Shown here in pieces: positions 38,101 to 47,029 of a DNA stretch of 58,841 nt. The DNA lies in assembly GCF_000315625.1 (NCBI RefSeq), contig NW_005434558.1, forward strand, positions 1-58,841, written 5' to 3'. Positions within the stretch are counted from its first letter, which is position 1; each line of letters starts with the position of its first letter. Position numbers and translations under genes: made by a program. Origin of the DNA: Guillardia theta CCMP2712. Its lineage: Eukaryota > Protista > Cryptophyta. The notes under the pieces were generated by a model. That model was given only the letters and a program-made list of their open reading frames with translations. It was not told the origin of the DNA and made no database searches.

Positions 38101-39325
38101 AGATAAGGGAGATGCCTGGCGAGCTGAGGAGAGAACTTCGGAGTTCAGATAACAGAGAGAGAGAGAGAGAGAGCGTGCCCGCCGGCATTTGAAGACCAAA
38201 AGAGAGAGCGTGCCCGCCGGCATTTGAAGACCAAAAGATAAATTTTGAACCGTAAAGAACTTGTGACCAGAGATTGCTGCCGCGAGATGGAACATCCGTT
38301 TCAAGGCATTCGAAGATTGTTGTGCAGTTGTACCTTGTTCGCCGATCCAGAAGTAGCTCCAGTTATGCATGCCACAGCCTAGCTCCATGACATGAAAACT
38401 TCCGCCAGATCTCCTGGTAGTTCCATTTGATCCTACTCAAAGATCAAGAAAAATAAGAATCGAATCAGCTTCAAGTGCGTTTCCACACGGTTAAGCAGAT
38501 ATTCGACCGACCAATCTGGCTGGGGAAAGGCTTGTTTTTCCTATTCGAAGATCAATCAAACAAATTGAGGCTGAGATAGGCCTAAACAACTTGCGGCTAG
38601 AAAGAGAGCCTGATTGAAGAGAGGAGTCATCCGAATGTGTACAGCTTGATAGAATTTGCATGAATTGTCAACAGCAACGGGAAAACAATACCAAGAAAGA
38701 AAAAACTCCAGTAAACAATTCAACTAACCAAATATAAGATCAACATGATTGAGCATGTAATCGGGGCCCATAACCGACGGAATACAAGTTTGTTAGACTT
38801 GTACTAGTCCAAAGTCACGCAGACGTCACATCGACCTTAGTTGTAACAAGACAGTTTTTGCTCAAGACCGAGTTTAATGTACACAAAACCAGAGTTGAGG
38901 AGCACATGAGAGATAGACTGTATGCAGGGATGTGAAACCCAAGCATCCAGACATGAGAGGACCTTAGCAAGACGGCTAGGAAAGCCCCCCTCTTCGTCCC
39001 ACACGCTACATCGTCCGCCTTGCCAAACACGTAAGTCGTCTTGGCAAGATGGTTTACAGGAGAGTTTTTGTTAACTCGGCGCTATCTGACTGGCACGGCG
39101 GCTGGCATACGTTCCATCAGTGGGATGAAGAGGGGGCTTTCCTAGCCGTCTTACTAAGGTCCCCTCATGTCTGGATGCTTGGGTTTCACATCCTAGCATA
39201 CAGTCTATCTCTCATGTGCTCCCGGTCAATTCTGGTTAAGCAAAAACTGTCTTGTTACAACTAGGGTCGATGTGATATCTGCGTGACTTTGGACTAGCAC
39301 AAGTCAACAAACTTGTATTCCGTCA
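35119..39325 (+). mobile_element. Older solo LTR (TGATGG...CCGTCA) split into 35119-35253 and 39120-39325 by a nested insertion
   Basis: The two pieces join into a diverged reverse complement of the 332-bp LTR of the nested element. 5-bp TSD CTCGC at 35114-35118 and 39326-39330. Confidence 0.9.
35254..39119 (-). mobile_element. Tandem-array non-autonomous copia-type LTR element (TRIM-like): 4 LTRs and 3 non-coding internal regions
   Basis: LTRs at 35254-35586, 36435-36766, 37564-37895 and 38776-39119; internal regions about 0.8-0.9 kb. TG...CA outer ends; TSD GTGGG (35249-35253, 39120-39124). Minus-strand PBS GGTTATGGGCCC (half-tRNA-iMet type) and PPT GGGGGGAG. Confidence 0.93.
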
Positions 39326-40167
39326 CTCGCACAAACTCTGGCAAACTTGAAGGATCCGGCGGCCGGGGCAGCAGAATATGGTTTGAATTTCTGGCACAGT
39401 GCACTCAGTGCCGAACTTCCCGGCAACTTTCCCTGCAGTTCAACGGTTCAACGGTTCGCCGCGCGAACTTTGAAGGCTTCCAAAGCTGGCACCGTGTGAA
39501 GTGACGGCGGTTTGACCCGATGATCATCGGATTGGATTAACCACGCGGCGCGGCCCTATCGGCCCCGAGGCCGCCGCGCGGACGGTGAGGCCCGCAGGGC
39601 CTCTCGGATCCGGCCCGGCGGACTCGGATTCCTCACACGGTCCGCGGCGTCACAGTGCCAGTAAGGTCGGAGATCCTGTGTGTCACACCGTCACCTTGAG
39701 AGTCCGGCGCCCGGGCCGCCGGGCGGCCGGGCCCGCCGCCCGGAGTCACGAGTCGCCGCCGCGGGCCCGGCGGCCTCGGATCGGACTGTCCGCCGACCGT
39801 ACGGGGGCCGGGCCCGCCGGGCGATCATAGTAACCGTCGATGAGTGATTGATAGTTACTAGTGAAAGTTGAAGTCAGGGCCCGGCCTGGTCACACTAATA
39901 AATCATCATGAGAACCAAAGCCTCAGTACAGACGGGTTCAGTCAACACCCCATAAAAGTTTGTCACAGTTTTTTCCCGAGGACTGCCCCCCTTTTTTTTG
40001 CGTGGTTGGAGTAGCGGCTTTCGCTGCCTTTTTTCATTTCCTAGTATTATATTGAGGCGGGTTTGTAGGCTTTATCATCGTCCTCCTTTGTTTGCTCCGG
40101 TTTGCCTTTTCTTTTCAGTCAATAAAAAGCTTTAAAAAATAATAGAGTTGGGAGTTGGTTCCAAAAC

Positions 40168-42816
40168 ATGCCGAAGCGCCGAAGGACCGAGGATCCAGAC
40201 GACAGCAAGAGAGACTTAGTGAGCTTGCTGCTCGAGTCTGTCTCACAAACTCATGATATGATCAAGAGCTGCAAAGGCAAGGAGCAGATGCAATGGCTTA
40301 CTACACAACTTGAGAAGAAGGAGCTCGAGCTGAAGAATGCGGTTGAGAAGAAGGAGCTCGAGCAGAAGTATGCGGTTGAGAAGAAGGAGCTCGAGCAGAA
40401 GATCGAGAGCTGCGAAAACCAGGAGCAGAAGCAATGGCTGACTACACAACTTGAGAAGAAGGAGCTCGAGCTGAAGAATGCGGTTGAGAAGAAGGAGCTC
40501 GAGCAGAAGTATGCGGTTGAGAAGAAGGAGCTCGAGCAGAAGATCGAGAGCTGCGAAAACCAGGAGCAGAAGCAATGGCTGACTACACAACTTGAGAAGA
40601 AGGAGCTCGAGCAGAAGTATGCGGTTGAGAAGAAGGAGCTCGAGCAGAAGTATGCGGTTGAGAAGAAGGAGCGCGAGCAGAAGTATGCGGTTGAGAAGAA
40701 GGAGCTCGAGCAGAAGATCGAGAGCTGCGAAAACCAGGAGCAGAAGCGAAGGCTGACTACACAACTTGAGAAGAAGGAGCTCGAGCTGAAGAATGCGGTT
40801 GAGAAGAAGGAGCTCGAGCAGAAGTATGCGGTTGAGAAGAAGGAGCTCGAGCAGAAGTATGCGGTTGAGAAGAAGGAGCTCGAGCAGAAGATCGAGAGCT
40901 GCGAAGACCAGGAGCAGAAGCGAAGGCTGACTACACAACTTGAGAAGAAGGAGCTCGAGCAGAAGTATGCGGTTGAGAAGAAGGAGCTCGAGCAGAAGTA
41001 TGCGGTTGAGAAGAAGGAGCGCGAGCAGAAGTATGCGGTTGAGAAGAAGGAGCTCGAGCAGAAGATCGAGAGCTGCAAAGACCAGGAGCAGAAGCGAAGG
41101 CTGACTACACAACTTGAGACGAAGGAGCTCGAGCTGAAGAATGCGGTTGAGACCAAGGAGCGCGAGCTCAAAGTGGAGAAGAAGGAGCTCGAGCAGAAAT
41201 TCTTGATTCACAATTATATGGCTGGAGGTCGCTTACAGACAGGAGAAATAATGAAGTCGACTTCCGTGATTGATGCAATGGAGGATCGTTTTGTGTACGA
41301 TGAAACGAAGTTGTTTTTGGATATATCGGCAGACAGTGGGAAGGAGTCTGGGTTACGAGCATTTGAGGACGAGGATGTAAAGGAGAAGGGCATGAGAATT
41401 TTCAGCAGAAAGGGACTTCGGGAGCAGATGGACTTCATGCAAAAAAGAGTCATGCAAGCAGGAAGTTTGGGCTGGGTGTTGGGGGCACCAGGGACGGGAA
41501 AGTCTCTTACAGGCCTTGCATTCGCACTCTCCATTGACAGGGAGGTCTGGGGGGTGAGTTGGATGCATATCTCTCCTTATCCTGCAAAGGCTGTTCAGTG
41601 GATCGCTGCAAGGAAAACTGTATATGAAGCTGAATTGCAGACGACAAATGATGACTTTCTGTATGCTCTTCTGAATGGTGTGGATGATGATTCTCAGCAT
41701 GTATTCGTACTGGATGGTTTCCTGCAAGACTCGCACAAAATGTTGCAGCATATGTTGATGCGATGGCGTGAAAAAAAGAAAGAGAATAGAAGAGTGCTCT
41801 TTATTTCATCGATGCAGACCAGGTACAAGGTGAAGTGGGAAGATGATCAGGTTTGGGGCGTGGAGGTATTTCTCCTTGAGTCATGGAGACTGGAAGAGTA
41901 TCAAGAGGCAGTGATGGACGACCTGTTCTACTCTTCTGTTGAAAGGAAATTAGATGCAAACTTGTCTCGAGGATCGGTTGCTCAACGGTCATTTTCGAGC
42001 AATCTGAGCCGAGAAGATCGAATACTGTCCAAGTATTATTATGCAGGAGGATCATCAAGATACATGTTTCAGATGAGTAGTCAACAGATTATCGACGACG
42101 TTTCTAACACTGTCAAAAACGTGGGATTTCTTGAAACTCTCTCCACAAAGATAGGGCAGTACAGTGGGGCTGCAATCAATCGACTCTTTTCGATATACAA
42201 GGATCAAGACAAGTCAGAATATACTGTATTCTTAAGCAGGTATCTTACAGAGAAGATTTGCGTTCAAACAGGGTGTGAACAATTTACACGGTCTTTGGTG
42301 CATTTCTGCACAATGCATCATCCAGTTGCCAAAGGACTCATGCTTGAAGATTTGTTCTTCATGGTGGTACATCACCAAGGTTTGGCATTGCACGTGCGAG
42401 GTGAAGACGCGCAAGAAGCTTGGCAGGCTGCCCCTGTCGTGACTTGCTTGATACCTCTTACGAAAGGAGTGGTGGAGAGTCAGAGCTGCGACTTTTGGGT
42501 GCGACCACCTGATTTCAACCATCCAGGATATGATGGGGTGTTTCTTAGTAGAAGCAGGAAATTAGTACGGTTTGTACAAGTAACCGCAGCAAAAGATCAT
42601 GATCTGAAACTACAATATTTCAAGGAACTCATTGACAATCTTGTTTTAGTAGGATTTCCGGTTCAACGAATAGAAATTTGTTTCATCGTGCTCCGTAAGG
42701 ATCTAGAGTGTTTCAAAGTTTCGAAGGTCCTTGGTCAAGGATCTCTTGAGCAATATGGTTTTGCGAAAGGAAAGGAGCGAAGATCTATCAGGGTGATGGG
42801 TGTTGAGCTTATCTAA
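40168..42816 (+). CDS. Crinkler-like (CR-type) P-loop NTPase + PD-(D/E)xK-type REase protein with NLS-like N-terminus and coiled-coil repeats, intronless, 882 aa
   Basis: MPKRRR; Walker A GAPGTGKS; Walker B VFVLDG; KYYYAGGSSRYMF; GLMLEDLFF; PPDFNHPGYDGVF...VRFVQVT...HDLKLQY. These motifs are characteristic of Crinkler NTPase-REase modules. Confidence 0.88.
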   Translation: MPKRRRTEDPDDSKRDLVSLLLESVSQTHDMIKSCKGKEQMQWLTTQLEKKELELKNAVEKKELEQKYAVEKKELEQKIESCENQEQKQWLTTQLEKKELELKNAVEKKELEQKYAVEKKELEQKIESCENQEQKQWLTTQLEKKELEQKYAVEKKELEQKYAVEKKEREQKYAVEKKELEQKIESCENQEQKRRLTTQLEKKELELKNAVEKKELEQKYAVEKKELEQKYAVEKKELEQKIESCEDQEQKRRLTTQLEKKELEQKYAVEKKELEQKYAVEKKEREQKYAVEKKELEQKIESCKDQEQKRRLTTQLETKELELKNAVETKERELKVEKKELEQKFLIHNYMAGGRLQTGEIMKSTSVIDAMEDRFVYDETKLFLDISADSGKESGLRAFEDEDVKEKGMRIFSRKGLREQMDFMQKRVMQAGSLGWVLGAPGTGKSLTGLAFALSIDREVWGVSWMHISPYPAKAVQWIAARKTVYEAELQTTNDDFLYALLNGVDDDSQHVFVLDGFLQDSHKMLQHMLMRWREKKKENRRVLFISSMQTRYKVKWEDDQVWGVEVFLLESWRLEEYQEAVMDDLFYSSVERKLDANLSRGSVAQRSFSSNLSREDRILSKYYYAGGSSRYMFQMSSQQIIDDVSNTVKNVGFLETLSTKIGQYSGAAINRLFSIYKDQDKSEYTVFLSRYLTEKICVQTGCEQFTRSLVHFCTMHHPVAKGLMLEDLFFMVVHHQGLALHVRGEDAQEAWQAAPVVTCLIPLTKGVVESQSCDFWVRPPDFNHPGYDGVFLSRSRKLVRFVQVTAAKDHDLKLQYFKELIDNLVLVGFPVQRIEICFIVLRKDLECFKVSKVLGQGSLEQYGFAKGKERRSIRVMGVELI
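40261..41199 (+). repeat. Coding tandem repeat of mixed 33-bp (11 aa) and 75-bp (25 aa) units
   Basis: EKKELEQKYAV / EKKELELKNAV units interleaved with EKKELEQKIESCENQEQKQWLTTQL. Confidence 0.95.
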
Positions 42817-43018
42817 TTGGACACTCCCATCATTTCAATATTTCAGTGGTGCTGAGTACCTGGAATTGAATCTGTTGAAGCAATCATACTTCAGTAAACA
42901 TGTTTGAACCTAGAATTACTATGACTTTTATTGCTAATACACATTCTAGTCATCTCTCTTTCTTCACCCTGATTCTCCTGTCACTGTCCGATCTCTGGCT
43001 CAACACTACGCTTCGTAA

Positions 43019-43621
43019 CTCTGGAAACATATCTTCGTAATTCTGGAAAGCATTCGACACTGCATCAAAGCCTGTTCATATTGTCGACGGGCTTTCAAAG
43101 ACATCGACTTGAAAACTGTACAGAATTATGCAGTGTTCACTGACGCAATGGTGCTGAAATTGTTACATTTTCTGCAAAACATTGGGCACGAAACGTTGAA
43201 GATAAGCGACACCGATGATAGCTTGCTACAAGTAGCGGCTAGTTATCTCAAGCTGAGCCAGCATACCATCAACACTTCTCATGTACGAGCAAAGTTTACG
43301 CTTCTAGGTGACCTCTTTGGACAGAATGCAGAGGGCTTCAAAAATTGTTTCCATCATTACTTCACCTCGTTTCGACATGGAGCAGATGCTAAAATGCATC
43401 ATGATAAATTCCAGCTGCACATAGACGCGCAAAAGCTTCGAAGTCAAGCAAAGAATCATCGGCAAAAGCACAAGTCATTTTGTAAGAAAATCAGACATTG
43501 GGCCACCTCGCGCTATGACACTGTTGGTGACACGGTCCCCGAATCAAACATACTTTCAACCATTATCGAAGTTTCTGGTACAAATTTTCAGTGCGCCGAC
43601 CATTCAAAAATCCTGGGCTAA
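43019..43621 (+). pseudogene. About 200-codon intronless open frame of unknown function, possibly a gene relic
   Basis: Stop-free AT-rich frame with plausible composition; the N-terminal LWKHIFVILESIRHCIKACSYCRRAF is preceded by a stop codon. Confidence 0.35.
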
Positions 43622-44612
43622 GGTACCCCGCTCGAAAATGATCAAAAGCCTTCAAAGCGAGCATTAGAAAATGCCATGGAATGGACAGCAGTGACCCCCC
43701 CCGGTACAGGACGGTGCCAGGCTGGCTGACTCGCCGCGCAGCGCCGGCGCTGAGCCGGGCCCCGCCTGGCACTGCCGCAGCCTGACAGTGAAGCTGACTC
43801 AAGCACGGCGGCCGCGGGCCGCGCACAGCGCACACTGTCACAGTCTGGCTGCCTGGCCGCATGTCTGAGCCAAGCCGCAGCCTACGGTGACGAGGAGGCT
43901 TGACCCTGACACTGTCGCACAGGCCAAACGGCGAGAAGAGAAAAGACAGCGAGAACCAAACCTAATCCTGCCGACTGCTGCCCCCCAAACTTAGTGCGGA
44001 GTGCCGCACCGGTGACCGCACTGCGCGGCAGCCTCCGTGCGGCCCGGGCCCGGCCACGGGGCCGGAAGTGAGCCTGACGGTCCGATCACAACTTTCAACT
44101 CTGAGTTGGGGAAAAAAACTACTCGATGGGACGGGTGATGATTGGCCGTGACACAGTCAGGCACTTGTCATGCTGCAGAGTGATGACTGGTGATGACAGG
44201 GGGTGCTTGCTGAAGAGAAAATAGGGGGTGGTGGGGGTGGTGGGGGTAGAGTGTGAACTTTGGAGTAGCCTACTAGCAGACATACCGACGGGGGGTACTT
44301 TGATGGATATCTGAGGGTGGTGGCCATGAGAAGATCGGTGTAGAAGAACCGGTGGGGCACTTTCACATACATTGCAAGGGGTAGGTTGTCTGCAAGTCAA
44401 TGTCACCCCTACCCACTAAGTTCCTGCCTTTTACGCTTTTTGGGAAGGGTAGTGGATGTGACTGTGAATGTAGAGGAAGTCGGGTGACGTTTGAGATGTG
44501 GGTGGGGTCGGGTGCTTCATAACTGATCAGGGGGTAGGGGTGGTAGGGTGGTGGTGAGGCTTTTCAAATTGCAACCCTGCAGGAGCGGCGGAGAACAGAA
44601 GCAACCGCAACA

Positions 44613-45273
44613 ATGTTGAGAGGCGTGCTGGTGATGGCGACGATCGCAGTAGCTGCGGGTGTATGCAACATCGCCGAGAAGAAGGATGTGAAGATAGGTA
44701 TGCAGCATACGCGCTCTTGCCGCACATGCTCATGACTTCTGTTTGTAGGAGGGTGCCCCAAGAGGACCTACAAGTACGGAAGTTGCACGTCTCTAGACGA
44801 CGCACAAGCCAAGCTTACAGCAATGCTAACAAAGTATCAAGATCCGACCCCTCCTCAGAGTGACGCTGAATGCAAAGACTTGATAGACAAAGCATGCGTA
44901 ATGTACGGCGGGGTGAGTGACATGCGCCTTCTGTTGAAAGAACTGACATCGTCATCAGACTGGAGATGCTAGCAAATGCTCGGACTACTGCACTGCCATG
45001 TTTCCGTCCAACCGTGGTTGCACAATGGATGAACAGTGTATGATGCCAGGGTTTCAACAGCCTTTGACCTGCTGTGGCTACTACAAGTCAGTAGCCAAGG
45101 ACAACTGCAAGATTGAGACGAAGACGCTTGATGCATACATTCAAAAAATGAGGGAGAGTCAACAGTGCGGAGACTTGAACTGCGTTGCAAGAGCCTCGTC
45201 GTCTGCCAGTGTTTCCTTTGTGATGGTTTTTCTTTCATCGATTGTGGGATTGTTCGTCGCTGCCAGGATGTAA
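44613..45273 (+). CDS. Small Cys-rich secreted, probably GPI-anchored surface protein (3 exons)
   Basis: Signal MLRGVLVMATIAVAAG; more than 10 Cys; C-terminal small-residue stretch plus hydrophobic tail ARASSSASVSFVMVFLSSIVGLFVAARM*. Confidence 0.75.
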
Positions 45274-47029
45274 AGATGATTTGAAAAGTGTGAAGATGCA
45301 ATTCCAATGCTTGGCGATCAAGCTTTCCCAGTCTGGGATTGCCTTGTTCGTTTATAATCATTCCTTTGCTAGACATCTCCACTGCTCGACTGAATGGACT
45401 TGTGTGTAAAGTTGCGCTGTGCCTCTGCTTCATTGTAGAGCAGCGTTTTAGACAAAATTAGCTTATGTAAAGTTGAATTGTTCTTAAAAGAGCAAGATAG
45501 TAAAGAATTGTATTGAACCCACAATCATCGCATGCAAGCGGGATAGCAACGAGCCCAATCCTGAGTGGTCCGGTCGTTTGGTTCCGTCAAAGTTGTTATG
45601 GCACAGCTTCTTGAATCTGGGATGCACGACCCGAACTGAAAACTTTCACGAGGAAATTCCAACCTGTGATGCGTGAGTGTGCCCGGCACTCGAGTAAGTG
45701 GTGGTATGGCAAAAAATTCAAAGGCTGCGATCTAGTAGTGATTGGCCCTTCACTGCATCGTAGCACTGGGACTGACCACTCGTCTCTCATGTGCTCCTCG
45801 CCTTAAGCCTGCTCTCTTCCATGCTCGCTACCTTCGTGCGTCTTGTCTCCCCCCTCCTCTCCTCCTCTCTCCTCCTGCTGCAGTATCCATACGTCTGCAG
45901 TCCTGCTGCCCCTCTTGCCTCTCATGACCCTCCTGCCCCACCTGCCCTTCCTGCCCCTCCTGCTCCTGCTCCTCCTGCTCCTCCTGCTCCTCCTGCTCCT
46001 GCCCCTCCTGCCCCTCCTGCTCCTGCTCCTCCTGCTCCTCCTGCTCCTCCTGCTCCTCCTGCTCCTGCCCCTCCTGCTCCTTTTCCTGTTCTCCCTCCAT
46101 CTCCCCAGGTTTCACTCATTTCCAATTCATCCCTCCTTCATACCACCTATGAGTCGTACCCCATTCCTTCAACACCCCACCCCCTCTTTCGATCCACTTT
46201 TTCACAATGACCCCTACTTTTCATAATATTTAAAAGTCTCTACACCGGTACAAATTCATATGTACCCCTACTCCATATTTGCCTGCCCTACACCAACCCC
46301 CCTTCGAGCAAGCGGTTGGAACTAATGAAATGATTGCGGGTGATGCGGAGGATTGTGGAAGGGGAGGAAAGGAGGAGGGGCAGGAGAGGGAGCAGGAGAT
46401 GCACGAGGAGGGTCAAGATGAGAAGAGAACAAAGACACCATTGAGGTAGGTGGGAGAGGAGTGGGTCAGCATACACGAGGAGTGAAGTGAAGACTATAAT
46501 GGGGAAAACGGCCGCACACTTGAGGGTGTGGGAGCGAGAGGCAGTGTGGAAAAGATTAGGAGGAAACAGGACAGAGCTCTGAGACTTGGGACTGACTCTG
46601 AGAGATTTCCCAATCTGCAGATGGACAGAAGCGTGCAGGGTTGGAGAAATGTGAGCAGGGGAGAGGAGGCGAAGTTGACCATGGGGTGTATAGGTTTGAA
46701 TGGTGAGCTTTGAGTTGATTGATAGGCATGAGAGGACAAGAACAGAAGCTGAGGATTTAGAATGTTAAATGGGAGCTGACCACTGGTTCATCTCCTCAGG
46801 ATCGAAGAATTGCTTCAAGGGAAAATCAAATCTTGACAGAGGAATGTTGTGGCTCTGTGATGGAGGGTGCATGCATCGGAGGTCTGCCTTCTCGTCCTGC
46901 GAATGATGGGGTGGCACTTTGATATGTCAGTTGATCTTACGGTGTTATCAGTTACAGAGTTGTGGTTGGCTATGCAAACATCGTTGCGAACAATCGCGCA
47001 ATAGTTCGATTTCCCTAGGAATCTGACAG

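Noticed and set aside
35119-39325. DIRS-like ITR/ICR element or TIR DNA transposon
   Set aside because: The inverted segments are fully explained by an LTR array nested in an opposite-orientation solo LTR, with two independent 5-bp TSDs, PBS and PPT.
40243-41211. Leu-rich and Ser/Phe-rich minus-strand ORFs
   Set aside because: Antisense of the EKKELEQK repeats.
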